Assembly: GCA_964583675.1 (NCBI GenBank)
Contig: CAZOVH010000004.1
Location: 39,275-97,791, forward strand
Length of the DNA stretch: 58,517 nt
Reading direction: 5' to 3'
Source: an uncultured Candidatus Saccharibacteria bacterium
GTDB lineage: Bacteria; Patescibacteriota; Saccharimonadia; CAILAD01; GCA-016700035
Shown here: one piece after another, positions 37,440 through 47,856 of the stretch
Position numbering within the stretch: the first letter of the stretch is position 1
Layout: each line of letters begins with the position of its first letter
The notes under the pieces: model-generated
Databases searched by the model: none
What the model was told of the DNA's origin: nothing
What the model saw: only the letters and a program-made list of their open reading frames with translations
Translations under genes and position numbers: made by a program

Positions 37440-37466
37440 TTAGCACTAGCAACTTTAGAGTGCTAG
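37440..37466. promoter_or_regulatory. CIRCE operator 1 (2 mismatches)
   Basis: TTAGCACTa-N9-GAGTGCTAg compared with the consensus TTAGCACTC-N9-GAGTGCTAA. Confidence 0.8.
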
Positions 37467-37473
37467 TACTTCA

Positions 37474-37503
37474 ATAGTAGTGCTTTTAGCACTCTCATGT
37501 CAA
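37474..37503 (-). promoter_or_regulatory. promoter of the hrcA-grpE-dnaK operon
   Basis: Minus strand reads TTGACA (inside the CIRCE-2 spacer), an 18-nt spacer, then TACTAT. CIRCE-1 begins right after the predicted start site. Confidence 0.55.
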
Positions 37504-37512
37504 GAGTGCTAA
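37486..37512. promoter_or_regulatory. CIRCE operator 2 (perfect consensus)
   Basis: TTAGCACTC-tcatgtcaa-GAGTGCTAA. Confidence 0.9.
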
Positions 37513-37514
37513 TT

Positions 37515-38180
37515 CTACTTTTTTTGTATGGTTTTAACAATTTTGAGAGCCTGATCAAACCCAGCTGAAGCAAATACTTCTCGAGCCCTCCCTGGATTGC
37601 TTGTAGCGTTTGAAGGCAATAAATTGATCGCTACATACACAGAACTAGTACCAACACCTGACAAAGCCGCCCCTCGAATTTCCTGACCAACCTCAAAATT
37701 TCCGCTTGCTACAACAACATCCGTGACATTAGCTTCTGCCGCGCCAGTATTGCGGACATACACCAAACTAGCGGCTTTACCACTATTGAGAGTAATTGGC
37801 GTGACTTCAACCACCGTGCTTGGCGGCAATAAAGGATTGGCCGACAAAGTTACTGAATACACATCTTGATTCCTTGTTCCAGGCTGTCGAACGATTGCGA
37901 TCTGGCCAGCGCTAGATGCATCGAACTCTTGAACCTGCCAATCGGGTGGACGCTTCAGCGACGTGGCTGTTGAGGCATACACATACTGCACCCAGTCTTT
38001 ATACGCGTCTTGAGTTTCCTGCGTTTTGACGTCGCTACTAGGAGATACCGATTCGGCTGGCGACTGATTGGCTGTCTCGGAAGCCGATGGCCGCCATAAG
38101 AAGTAAATAGTCCCACCAATAATCAAAATACAAACCAGCAAGATACCGAGAACAACGACCCTTGAATGATCTTTTACCAT
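37515..38180 (-). CDS. membrane-anchored extracytoplasmic hypothetical protein
   Basis: N-terminal TM anchor, a Ser/Pro linker, and a beta-rich C-terminal part. Confidence 0.5.
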   Translation of the reverse strand: MVKDHSRVVVLGILLVCILIIGGTIYFLWRPSASETANQSPAESVSPSSDVKTQETQDAYKDWVQYVYASTATSLKRPPDWQVQEFDASSAGQIAIVRQPGTRNQDVYSVTLSANPLLPPSTVVEVTPITLNSGKAASLVYVRNTGAAEANVTDVVVASGNFEVGQEIRGAALSGVGTSSVYVAINLLPSNATSNPGRAREVFASAGFDQALKIVKTIQKK

Positions 38181-38186
38181 ATAAAA

Positions 38187-38627
38187 CTACCGCCCCTTCT
38201 TCTTAGAATTTCGCTTGCTGCTGGTCAATACTACATACAGCAATAAACCGACTGGACCAAAAAAGAAGGTTAAAATGTATGGAATGAGCATGATTCGATG
38301 ACGAATCTTGTGCTTACGTGCATCCTGCTTCATCCATACGGCTGCCACGAGATCGAATGCCACGAGATGCGTCCACCCCAGTGCCATCACCCAGGGGTCA
38401 GAAAATAGCTCGGCTAAGCCAAGAAACGAGTAGTCTTCAAATGGAACAGTTGGCACAACAAATATCAGTAGAAGCACATACACCACCGCCAAAAGCGCTG
38501 GTAATACCATGCTATCTACGAGTTTTCTAGTTATTCGCGCATACGGAGCGCCTAGGATAAGCATCCACCCCAAAAGAGCCAGGATATTCACCAGAATAAA
38601 AGTCGTCTCTGCGTTCATACTGCTCAT
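38187..38627 (-). CDS. ABA4-like/DUF4281 membrane protein
   Basis: WTHLVAFDLVAAVW and TFFFGPVGLLLY match the family pattern. The start is set at an internal ATG (MSSMNAE); the ORF extends to 38678. Confidence 0.6.
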   Translation of the reverse strand: MSSMNAETTFILVNILALLGWMLILGAPYARITRKLVDSMVLPALLAVVYVLLLIFVVPTVPFEDYSFLGLAELFSDPWVMALGWTHLVAFDLVAAVWMKQDARKHKIRHRIMLIPYILTFFFGPVGLLLYVVLTSSKRNSKKKGR

Positions 38628-38721
38628 GCTACCATAGTCTGGTTTTGTTGACGAATTCCGACAAAAAATGCTTGCCAAAACACCCTAAAGCTGATATTAT
38701 ACCCAATTCCCCTAAAAAATC

Positions 38722-39438
38722 ATGAATGTAGCAACATACGAACAACGAGCAACCCTATCTGCCCACCGCAAACGTCAGCGCGTGGTCAGTTCCCCTGTGG
38801 CTCAAAAATTGACGGCCTACAAGCCCCACGCCAAACACCTTCAAGCTGCGCTCATGATTCTATTTTATTTCGCTGCCTTCGCATTTTTCTTTCAGACAAG
38901 CCAAGCTGAATTTGAAGAAAAATCTATGGGCTACCTAAGCGCCAATCAGCAAACTAAAAAAACGAGTTCCTCGACTCCATCAACCAATACACCAAAGAGC
39001 AAAACCGAAGCCACTGCTAAAACCTTGTTTCAGGCTCCCACCTCAAGCCCCGAACCAACTGAAGAGCAAAAAGCCAATGCAGGCCTACCCCCTTACAATA
39101 CAGAAGATGAATCTGCTCCATCTATCGCTCAACAATTCACCTCCAGCGGATACGCCTACGGACACTGTACATATTACGTAGCAAAGCGCCGACCCATTCC
39201 CCAGAACTGGGGTAACGCGCGCGACTGGCTGACTCGCTCAAAGGCAGCCGGTTTCGTGACGGGCGCAAACGCTCGACCGGGAGCAATCGCTCAAACTACA
39301 ACTGGGCGCTGGGGGCATGTTGCCTATGTTGAAAAAGTCGAAGCTGGTCGAGTATACGTATCAGAATATAATTACGTTGGTTGGAACAAACTCAGCTACC
39401 GCTGGGCCGATGAGTCCGACTTTAAATACATCTATTAA
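38722..39438 (+). CDS. membrane-anchored CHAP-domain peptidoglycan hydrolase
   Basis: TM anchor, a Ser/Thr/Pro linker, and a CHAP core with GHCTYYV (Cys) and WGHVAYVE (His). Confidence 0.8.
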   Translation: MNVATYEQRATLSAHRKRQRVVSSPVAQKLTAYKPHAKHLQAALMILFYFAAFAFFFQTSQAEFEEKSMGYLSANQQTKKTSSSTPSTNTPKSKTEATAKTLFQAPTSSPEPTEEQKANAGLPPYNTEDESAPSIAQQFTSSGYAYGHCTYYVAKRRPIPQNWGNARDWLTRSKAAGFVTGANARPGAIAQTTTGRWGHVAYVEKVEAGRVYVSEYNYVGWNKLSYRWADESDFKYIY

Positions 39439-39620
39439 TTGCTCACAGTCAGACTTGTAGGTGGTTCGGTAGGAATTTGGCCGGCAGCAGCTTGATCAAT
39501 TGTCGTCAGATAGCTTGCCTTAAAACTATCAAATACTGTCATTGCCTTATCAGTGTTTTCCCGTACGTAACCATAGTACATAAGTCCAATCGCGAGCAGG
39601 AGTGCAACTCTCCATCGCAT
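39435..39620 (-). CDS. small single-TM protein (61 aa)
   Basis: ORF with an N-terminal TM. No other support. Confidence 0.3.
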   Translation of the reverse strand: MRWRVALLLAIGLMYYGYVRENTDKAMTVFDSFKASYLTTIDQAAAGQIPTEPPTSLTVSN

Positions 39621-39684
39621 AGGTAATCTCGCTTTCGAGCCCTACTATGCGAGCTTGAGCATTTTTAAGTCAAGGTTAAGCGTT

Positions 39685-41460
39685 TTATCCTCGCTTGATC
39701 AAATCCATAAAGACGCTGGAAGGGATAGACACCTTACCAATCTGCTTCATGCGAGCCTTGCCCTTCTTCTGCTTTTGCAAGAGTTTTTTCTTACGGCTCA
39801 CGTCACCACCATAAAGTTTAGCGGTAACATCTTTACGAAGTGCCTTAATGGTTTCGCGAGCAATAAACTTAGAGCCAATCGCTGCCTGCACGGCAACCTC
39901 AAAGTTCTGACGGGGAATTAAATCTTTAAGCTTTTCGCACAACGCACGTCCATAATTATCGGCCTTAGAACGGGCTACAATTGCACCCAATGAATCGACT
40001 CGCTCCCCAGCCAGCAAAATATCTACGCGTACCAAATCACCAACCTCGTACCGATCCCAATCGTATGTAAGCGAGGCAAAGCCTGAGGACTGACTTTTTA
40101 GGGCATCATAAAAATCAGTAATTATTTCTGCCAGTGGTGCTTCAAAGCCCACTACAGCGCGCGTTTGATCAAGGTATTCGAGCTTAGTTTGCTTCCCGCG
40201 TGCTTCTACAATCAGCCCCAGAACCGCGCCGATATAATCAGATGGTGTAACAATTTCACCCTTCACCCACGGCTCAGCAATTGTGGCGATTTGCGACTGA
40301 TCAGGCAAAGCACTGGCCTGCTCAATCATCTCGGTTTCACCATTTGTGCGCTCCACCTCGTAACTCACGCTCGGACTCGTAACAATTAAATCTAGATCAA
40401 ACTCACGCTCTAGGCGTTCTTTGATAATTTCCAAGTGTAACAATCCCAAAAAGCCAATTCGCACACCAAAACCCAAAGCTGCCGAGGTTTCTGATGTGTA
40501 CGATAAAGATGCATCATTGAGTGCAAGTTTTTCGAGAGAATCCTTCAGTTTAGGATATTCTTCTTGGCTGGTAGGATAAAAGCTCGCAAAAATGAGTGGT
40601 TGAACTTTTTTATATCCAGGCAATGGCTCTTGGGCTGGACGTGCAGTAAGCGTCACTGTATCACCAACGCGCGCGAACTGGACCGATTTAATATTTGTGG
40701 TAATAAAACCGATCTGGCCAGGTTCTAATGTATCATCTTCGGCTCGAGCTGGTGCAAGGTGACCAACTTCAAGTGCTAACGATTCACTGCCCGATTGCAT
40801 TAAAGTGATCTCGGCATTCTTTGGTATCGACCCACTCACTAGCCGCACATACAAGATAACGCCACGATACCCATCAAACACTGAATCAAAAATGAGTGCA
40901 CGCGCAGGACCCTCATCAATTGCCGGCGACGGTACCTCCGCCACGATTCTATCGAGAAGTTCGGGCACACCTTCGCCAGTTTTTGCAGAAATCTTTCCTA
41001 TACTTGCTGGGTCTACGCCAAGTAGATTGCCGATTTCTTGCGCTACCCGCTCGGGTTCAGCAGCCGGAAGATCGATTTTATTCATGACAGGAATAATCGT
41101 GAGCCCTGCTTCAATCGCCATATACACATTAGCGAGCGTCTGAGCCTGAATTCCCTGACTGGCATCAACTACTAAAATTGCCCCTTCCACAGCCTCGAGC
41201 GAGCGGCTAACTTCATAACTAAAATCTACATGTCCCGGCGTATCGATAAGGTTAAGTTCATGATCCTTCCACTGCATACGGGCAGGCTGGAGCTTAATTG
41301 TAATTCCCTTCTCACGCTCCAATTCCATGGTATCTAAGAGCTGCGCCTTCATATCACGCGCTGAAACAGCGCCGGTAATCTCTAAAAGACGATCGGCTAA
41401 TGTCGATTTGCCATGATCAATATGGGCAATAATACAAAAATTTCGAATGTTGGCTGTCAA
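39685..41460 (-). CDS. lepA: translation elongation factor 4 (LepA)
   Basis: IRNFCIIAHIDHGKSTLADR G1 motif, DTPGHVDF, and the LepA C-terminal domain. Confidence 0.97.
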   Translation of the reverse strand: MTANIRNFCIIAHIDHGKSTLADRLLEITGAVSARDMKAQLLDTMELEREKGITIKLQPARMQWKDHELNLIDTPGHVDFSYEVSRSLEAVEGAILVVDASQGIQAQTLANVYMAIEAGLTIIPVMNKIDLPAAEPERVAQEIGNLLGVDPASIGKISAKTGEGVPELLDRIVAEVPSPAIDEGPARALIFDSVFDGYRGVILYVRLVSGSIPKNAEITLMQSGSESLALEVGHLAPARAEDDTLEPGQIGFITTNIKSVQFARVGDTVTLTARPAQEPLPGYKKVQPLIFASFYPTSQEEYPKLKDSLEKLALNDASLSYTSETSAALGFGVRIGFLGLLHLEIIKERLEREFDLDLIVTSPSVSYEVERTNGETEMIEQASALPDQSQIATIAEPWVKGEIVTPSDYIGAVLGLIVEARGKQTKLEYLDQTRAVVGFEAPLAEIITDFYDALKSQSSGFASLTYDWDRYEVGDLVRVDILLAGERVDSLGAIVARSKADNYGRALCEKLKDLIPRQNFEVAVQAAIGSKFIARETIKALRKDVTAKLYGGDVSRKKKLLQKQKKGKARMKQIGKVSIPSSVFMDLIKRG

Positions 41461-41470
41461 AAAGTTTCCC

Positions 41471-43078
41471 CTAAGCTCCGATGTGCTTCCTAAGTCGCTT
41501 GCGATAACGCGACTTCACAAGGCGCAGTACCATATCGGCTTCTTTTACTCGTAAGAGTTTAGCACCAATGAAGTATACAATGCCACCTACGGTACAGATA
41601 AGTGCAAACTTTGGCCCCAAAGTACGCCAACCAACATCGCCACGCAGCAACGGAAACAGGGACACGATCATTATGTACATAACCGAAGCCATGGCTAGTG
41701 TGGCAATAGCAATCCGAATACCCGCCCTGGCAATACTTTTACCACCGTATGGCCCGATCTTACGACGCAATAAGAACATTAAAATAAACAACTCGATAAT
41801 AGTCACCAGAGACAGCGCCATCGCCAGACCTGGAGTGCCAAACATTTTGGCAAACATGTAACTCAGCGGAATATTCATGAAAAGCGTGAAGATACTGGTA
41901 AAGAGTGGAGTGCGCGTATCTTCTAGCGCATAGAAGATTCTGGCAACTACAAAGAACAAGCTTTGGGCCACAATCACTCCCGCAAACCACCCAAGCGTAT
42001 CGGCTGTAGTTTGGTCACCAAAACCTAGGAGCAAACGCACAATGTAGCCACGTAGCACCACAGTGATTGCCATAGACGGAATGACAAGGAACAACACCAA
42101 CGAGAGAGTACGCACAATCTCATGAGGTAACTTATGCTTATCCTTAGATTTCGACGCCCGAATCAAAGTCGGAAATACTGCTGTAGCAATCGCGCCGCCA
42201 AATAATCCAAGCGGGACATTTTTTAAGTTGTTCGCAAAGTAGTAGCTCGAAAGCGAACCCGCCGCAAGCTGGGAGCCAATCGCTGTTTCAACAATCGTAT
42301 TGATTTGCTCAATCCCAAGATCCAACGACCGCGGGATCATAAGTTTTAGTACTCGAATTACAGATGGATGCCAGAATTTAATACTCAAACTATATCGAAA
42401 ACCTAAACCAACTAGGCCAAGCGACTGCATCAACGCCTGCAGCGCAGTACCTGCAACAACCCCCCAAGCTACACCATAAATTGGCTGCGCAAAGAGCGGC
42501 TCTAGAAATAGGATACCAAAAATAATACCTATGTTATAAAACACACTAGCAAGTGCAAACAGCACAAAGCGCTGGAATGCTTGCTGAATAGCTCCGAAGA
42601 TTGCTGAAATTGCAAAGAACAGTGGCGTAATCAATAGAATACGAGTGAGATTCACCGTAAGCTGCATGCGCTCGGCATCAAACCCTGGGGCAATAATCTT
42701 AACCAGTGGCTCAGCAAATATAAAAGAGAATATACCGAAGAATGCGGTTACAAGTACCAGAAGATTGAGGAGTGTACTGGCAACTTCCCAGGCTTCATCT
42801 ACTTTTTTGCGCTCTAAGAATCCAACAAACACCGGGATAAATGCAACTGCAAAAGCACCCGAGACCAAAAGCGTGAAGAGTAGATCAGGAATGCGAAAAG
42901 CTGCAGCATAGGCATCTGCCTGTGGGGAAAGTCCAAAGTTGGATGCCAAGAGTCGATCACGAACTAAACCAAGCAAACGACTCAATAAATACGAAAGCGA
43001 TATTAAAAGCGCCGCCATTGAAATGGATCGTTTTTTATTAATTCGGGTAAGGATTGTTCGAACTGAGCGCTTCATCAT
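41471..43078 (-). CDS. murJ: lipid II flippase MurJ (MviN)
   Basis: 14-TM MOP-family protein with an N-terminal LLSRLLGLVRD motif. Confidence 0.9.
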   Translation of the reverse strand: MMKRSVRTILTRINKKRSISMAALLISLSYLLSRLLGLVRDRLLASNFGLSPQADAYAAAFRIPDLLFTLLVSGAFAVAFIPVFVGFLERKKVDEAWEVASTLLNLLVLVTAFFGIFSFIFAEPLVKIIAPGFDAERMQLTVNLTRILLITPLFFAISAIFGAIQQAFQRFVLFALASVFYNIGIIFGILFLEPLFAQPIYGVAWGVVAGTALQALMQSLGLVGLGFRYSLSIKFWHPSVIRVLKLMIPRSLDLGIEQINTIVETAIGSQLAAGSLSSYYFANNLKNVPLGLFGGAIATAVFPTLIRASKSKDKHKLPHEIVRTLSLVLFLVIPSMAITVVLRGYIVRLLLGFGDQTTADTLGWFAGVIVAQSLFFVVARIFYALEDTRTPLFTSIFTLFMNIPLSYMFAKMFGTPGLAMALSLVTIIELFILMFLLRRKIGPYGGKSIARAGIRIAIATLAMASVMYIMIVSLFPLLRGDVGWRTLGPKFALICTVGGIVYFIGAKLLRVKEADMVLRLVKSRYRKRLRKHIGA

Positions 43079-43202
43079 AATTTTTTTGGGATAAGACTCA
43101 GGAAAAGAAATTGGCTCCGAGCCTTCGCGTGTTTAGCCTGTAAACATCTGCGAGCTATCGGGAGCCAACCTCACTTTTCTTGAAAGCCTAAAACTCTGGT
43201 TT

Positions 43203-45050
43203 CTATTTTACCGGTTTTTTAGCTTTTGCGGGAGACTTTTTTTCTTTATCTACCGATTCGAACAAAGCTTCAAACTCTTTACCCTCAATTGTTTCTTCTT
43301 GTATAAGCTTTTCGGCAATCTGATCTAGCTTGGCGCGGTGGCGAATAATAGTTTCTTCTGCTCGCTTCGTTGCCTCGCTAATAATCTTTGCAACTTCTTC
43401 GTCAATTTTGTCCTGGGTTTGCTCTGAGTAATTGCGTCCTTCAGCAAAGGATCGACCCAGAAATACAGAGCCTTCGCTGGAACCAAACACCTGGTTTGTC
43501 AACTCTCGACCCATGCCAAATTCGGTAATCATGCGACGAGCTAATCCATTTGCGTGTTTCAGGTCGCTTTCAGCGCCAGTTGTGATATCGCCAAAGACAA
43601 TTTTTTCAGCCATACGACCACCAAGACTCATCGCGATATCATCTAAGAAATCAGAAACCGAATGCAAATGCTTATCTTCCAGCGGCAAGCTCCAAGTTAC
43701 GCCACCGGCCATACCGCGCGAAACGATTGAGACTTTATGAACCGGATTACAATTCTCCAAAAGATGAGACAGCAAAGCATGTCCAGCTTCGTGATAGGCG
43801 GTAATTTTCTTTTCTTTGTCATTTAGGACATGGCTCTTACGCTCTGGGCCAAGGGCAACCTTCTCAACAGCTTCGTGAAAATCAGCCTGGCCAATCTTCT
43901 TTTTATCGCGACGAGCAGCATATATCGCAGCTTCGTTAGCAATATTTGCAAGATCCGCGCCAGATACACCTGGTGTCTTACGAGCAATTTCTGCCAAATC
44001 AATGTCTTTATCAAGTGGCTTCTTCTTTACATGTACGCCGAGAATTTCTTCGCGCTGCTTCATATCTGGAACATCAATTGTAACGCGACGATCAAAACGA
44101 CCAGGTCGCAAGAGGGCTGGATCCAAAACATCGGGACGGTTCGTGGCTGCCATCACAATAACGTTTGTACCTTGCTCAAATCCGTCCATCTCAACCAAGA
44201 TTTGGTTCAAGGTTTGCTCGCGCTCATCATGTCCACCACCAAGTCCAGTTCCACGCTGACGTCCGACAGCGTCAATTTCATCTATAAAAACGATACACGG
44301 TGAATTCTTTTTAGCGCGTGCAAACAAATCGCGCACACGGCTCGCACCAACTCCAACGAACATCTCTACAAATTCCGAGCCCGAGATTGAAAAGAAGGGT
44401 ACGCCGGCTTCGCCAGCAACTGCACGAGCCATCAATGTTTTACCTGTTCCTGGTGAACCAAAAAGCAACACACCTTTTGGAATCTTAGCACCTAGTGCTT
44501 CAAACTTACGTGGGTATTTAAGAAATTCAACAATCTCCTGCAGCTCTTGCTTAGCCTCTATAGCTCCGGCTACATCGTTAAAGGTTACTTTCTGCGTTTC
44601 ACCGCCAGCCACACGAGCCTTGGAGCGCCCAAAACTCATGGCCGCATTATTCTGGCCCTGTGCCTGGCGCATAATAAAGTAGAAGAAACCAATAATGAAC
44701 ACTACTGGCAAGAATGCGAACAGCGCATCTATCCATTTACTTGAGCCGTCATCTGGATTCTGGGGATCAACTTTTACCTTAGAGTAGTCAACCCCGTAAT
44801 CCGTCAGCATCGCATTTGCTTCCATGAAAGCTTCCTGCTTTTGCCCATCTTTCAGTGTAATCTGTAACTGTTGACCATTTACCTTAATCGACTCAACATT
44901 TTCTTTCTTTGTTTCTTCAAGCAAGCGAGACAAAGAAACCGACTGCGGCTTTTCTTGTGTCTGGTTGTTTAAAACAAGAAGCCCAACTAAAACAACTACG
45001 CCTACTATGACGTATATCAAATTACGTGGAATTTTTTTCACCATACTCAC
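43203..45050 (-). CDS. ftsH: ATP-dependent zinc metalloprotease FtsH
   Basis: Two TM helices, GSPGTGKTL Walker A, the SRH region, and the HEAGHAL zinc site. Confidence 0.97.
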   Translation of the reverse strand: MSMVKKIPRNLIYVIVGVVVLVGLLVLNNQTQEKPQSVSLSRLLEETKKENVESIKVNGQQLQITLKDGQKQEAFMEANAMLTDYGVDYSKVKVDPQNPDDGSSKWIDALFAFLPVVFIIGFFYFIMRQAQGQNNAAMSFGRSKARVAGGETQKVTFNDVAGAIEAKQELQEIVEFLKYPRKFEALGAKIPKGVLLFGSPGTGKTLMARAVAGEAGVPFFSISGSEFVEMFVGVGASRVRDLFARAKKNSPCIVFIDEIDAVGRQRGTGLGGGHDEREQTLNQILVEMDGFEQGTNVIVMAATNRPDVLDPALLRPGRFDRRVTIDVPDMKQREEILGVHVKKKPLDKDIDLAEIARKTPGVSGADLANIANEAAIYAARRDKKKIGQADFHEAVEKVALGPERKSHVLNDKEKKITAYHEAGHALLSHLLENCNPVHKVSIVSRGMAGGVTWSLPLEDKHLHSVSDFLDDIAMSLGGRMAEKIVFGDITTGAESDLKHANGLARRMITEFGMGRELTNQVFGSSEGSVFLGRSFAEGRNYSEQTQDKIDEEVAKIISEATKRAEETIIRHRAKLDQIAEKLIQEETIEGKEFEALFESVDKEKKSPAKAKKPVK

Positions 45051-45060
45051 CTACCTTCTT

Positions 45061-46395
45061 CTATGCCACTTTCACAGCCAGCGTATGTGCTGGTGCATCT
45101 ACCCCGCTCGGAACAAAGTGGCGATTCTGCGCAAGCCGTGGAACCAGCACCACTTCATTCTTCTCGGAAACGATAATGGGCCATGTCAACCGATCGCTTC
45201 GGGGAATTTTTCTGTCAACAAAAATGTCCTGAATTTTCTTCGTGCCCTGCATACCAATTGGTGCAATGCGATCACCAGCCTGCCAAGTACGCACATAATA
45301 TGTACGAGGCTCAAGTAGATGAGTTGCCAAATGAGTCGATTCATCTACACTAGCTGGATGAAGTTCTAGTTGAAATTTACCAAAACGCAGCGGCTGAGAT
45401 AAGAAAATTTGCTGTGTCTCGTCGGGCGCAACACTCTCTGGCGTTGCCGAACGCAAGACGAACTTCACTCTATCATATTCACGAGCTAGCAGCAACCCGG
45501 GCAATGCCTCAGAAAAGCTACCAGAGCCTGCGCTCGCAAACCATCTTAGTGCTGCATCCAAATTTCTTTGAGTCACACTTCTACCAGATGTAAGCTTTCG
45601 CGCCATATGAGCCAAAAGATTCAACTGCACAAGCGGTGACAGCCGCAAAAACTTCGCTCGCTCCAGCTCATACCCGCCGCTAATTTCATCGCTTATTTCC
45701 GACAGTAGATGATCCAACTTGCGGTCAATACGCGAGTTTATATCCTCTAAATGATCCACCCAGCCGGACAAGTTATTGTGATAATGCGGATCTTGAGTTG
45801 GCGCAAAATGCATGAGCTCATGCCTGATAAGATTTCGCGTAAATGCTCGATCATTGTTCGTCTCATCTTCGCGCCACTGCAAATCGCGCAACGCCGCGTA
45901 GGTAATAATGTCACCCCTTCCAAAGCCAATCAACGGACGTACCACTACATCGCGTTCTCGACTGAGGCTCGCGAGACCAACCCTGTCGGCCCCTCGAATA
46001 GTGTGCCAAATTGCCGTTTCTAGACGGTCATTTTTGTGATGAGCGGTAACAATCTTATCGGCGCCGGACTCTTGCCTGACCTCTTCAAGCCAGTTATACC
46101 GGGCTTGGCGCAATTCAGCTTCGGACTGCATGCTCCGCGGAAGTACCCCAAGCAGATATTTGTAGCCGTAACGATCGGCCAAACTTCCCACAAACGCCGC
46201 ATCCTCAGTAGAGCTCGTCCGCTGGGCGTGATCCAGGTGCGCAACAATTAATTTCCAGCCCCATTTTTCTTGTAATCGATTCAGTAAATCAAGTAATACA
46301 ACTGAGTCTCGTCCGCCCGAAACCGCCACGATATAGATACCATGTTCTGGCAAGACTGGTGCTTGCATAAGAGTTTCTTCAAGACGCTTGAGCAT
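45061..46395 (-). CDS. tilS: tRNA(Ile)-lysidine synthase TilS
   Basis: VAVSGGRDS PP-loop and a long C-terminal substrate-binding part. The cognate tRNA-Ile2(CAT) is in the window. Confidence 0.9.
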   Translation of the reverse strand: MLKRLEETLMQAPVLPEHGIYIVAVSGGRDSVVLLDLLNRLQEKWGWKLIVAHLDHAQRTSSTEDAAFVGSLADRYGYKYLLGVLPRSMQSEAELRQARYNWLEEVRQESGADKIVTAHHKNDRLETAIWHTIRGADRVGLASLSRERDVVVRPLIGFGRGDIITYAALRDLQWREDETNNDRAFTRNLIRHELMHFAPTQDPHYHNNLSGWVDHLEDINSRIDRKLDHLLSEISDEISGGYELERAKFLRLSPLVQLNLLAHMARKLTSGRSVTQRNLDAALRWFASAGSGSFSEALPGLLLAREYDRVKFVLRSATPESVAPDETQQIFLSQPLRFGKFQLELHPASVDESTHLATHLLEPRTYYVRTWQAGDRIAPIGMQGTKKIQDIFVDRKIPRSDRLTWPIIVSEKNEVVLVPRLAQNRHFVPSGVDAPAHTLAVKVA

Positions 46396-46439
46396 ATGCT
46401 TCTATTGTAGATGAGTTATGCCCATGACGCACCTTGTGT

Positions 46440-47156
46440 CTAAATTCGTACGCCCAGATTACTTCGACGAAAACCAAGATACACACCCACGCTTAAGATC
46501 GAAAGCACTCCTACGCCATACAGCCAAACATTTACCCCCGTATCCGCTAAGCTAGCGGTTGCTGCAAGGCCAACAGGATCCACAATTACACCATTAGCCT
46601 CCCCGTCATCGTCCAAATCGCCACCGTCAGTAATGGAGTATGTGGTCACCAGAGCCTGAGTAGACCCAACGGTTTGCGAAACAATCGTAGAGCCAGATAC
46701 ATCCGTGTAAGTCTCGGTATTCGGGTTGTATTTTCGCAAGACATAGCTTGTTGGCTGATCATCGACGAAAACATATTTTGACACCGTCACTGTATCGCCA
46801 CGCGAACAGTTAAGACTAAAATCAACAAGGCCGTATGGATAAACCTTACCGCTGTCACGCTGCGCAAGCGACGATACATCAACTGAAGCAACCGTGCCAT
46901 TTTCCGAACAGCCCTGAGTTACAAGGGTTTCATATACCCCACTGGAATCGATTTCAAAACTAGTAACGGTAGGCTGCAGGCGATCTAGCGTCCCGTCGTC
47001 GTTCCCATCTCCATCATTTGGTGCAGCATCTTCATCTGCACTATTAACGGTGATTGTCGCGGCCGATGCATGGTGAACGAGCAGCACGATACCCACCGAT
47101 GCTACAGCCAGTACACTTACGCCACGAACCAAAAATTTCACCCACATGATTATCAC
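46440..47156 (-). CDS. sortase-anchored surface protein (LADTG sorting signal)
   Basis: Signal peptide, and a C-terminal LADTG plus TM plus basic tail. The domain is paralogous to the C-terminus of the 807-aa protein (NCSRGDT, YSITDGG.LDDDG..NG.IVDPVGLA). Confidence 0.75.
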   Translation of the reverse strand: MIIMWVKFLVRGVSVLAVASVGIVLLVHHASAATITVNSADEDAAPNDGDGNDDGTLDRLQPTVTSFEIDSSGVYETLVTQGCSENGTVASVDVSSLAQRDSGKVYPYGLVDFSLNCSRGDTVTVSKYVFVDDQPTSYVLRKYNPNTETYTDVSGSTIVSQTVGSTQALVTTYSITDGGDLDDDGEANGVIVDPVGLAATASLADTGVNVWLYGVGVLSILSVGVYLGFRRSNLGVRI

Positions 47157-47189
47157 TCATTATACCTTAAGCATAAGGTATTTGAGAAA

Positions 47190-47813
47190 CTATCGCAGCT
47201 TAGCTTCAACTACTATACGTCCATCGGCAGAACCAGAAAGTGTACAACTATATAGTGTGAGTTTTGCCTCGTCACTTGGTGCCTCAATCTCTACTGCATC
47301 TGGCTTTACATCGTATATTTTTGTAACCGAATAGTCGTACCAGTTGCCTTTGTAGAAAATGCGCATCGAATCGCCTACTACCAACTTATCTAAATTGTAA
47401 AACGGCGAACGCTCTTTAGTGAGGATCGGATCCTGAGCAATACGAAAACGATGAGCGGACAAGATGAAATTGCCGCCCTGCACCGGATCTCCACGCTCTG
47501 GATACCGATGCCAAGCTCCCTTTTCCAGCGAGTCGGCTGTGCCCGTATAGAACGGTACTTCAAGATTGATTTTTTCTATTTGAATCCGATCACGCGCATC
47601 ATTCGCATCATCCGACGTATCTAAATCAACAGCACTCTTTACTGGCAGCTTAGTGGCATTAGGCGCCAAGAGCAGCAACCCAAGATATACCCCAAGTCCA
47701 ATCAAGCCCACAGAGAGAGCAAGTAAGATGACTTTTTTACGACGCGTCCAACGAATTTCTTTTAAGGAAACGCCTCGAAACTTCTTTTCGCTTTTTTGCT
47801 TACTAAAGCGCAT
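47190..47813 (-). CDS. sortase (transpeptidase)
   Basis: N-terminal TM anchor, the LSAHRF His region, and the LTLYSCT catalytic Cys motif. Confidence 0.85.
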   Translation of the reverse strand: MRFSKQKSEKKFRGVSLKEIRWTRRKKVILLALSVGLIGLGVYLGLLLLAPNATKLPVKSAVDLDTSDDANDARDRIQIEKINLEVPFYTGTADSLEKGAWHRYPERGDPVQGGNFILSAHRFRIAQDPILTKERSPFYNLDKLVVGDSMRIFYKGNWYDYSVTKIYDVKPDAVEIEAPSDEAKLTLYSCTLSGSADGRIVVEAKLR

Positions 47814-47856
47814 ATGTTACTTATTATATGCTTTTTAGACTAAGCGTGAAGCTCCA

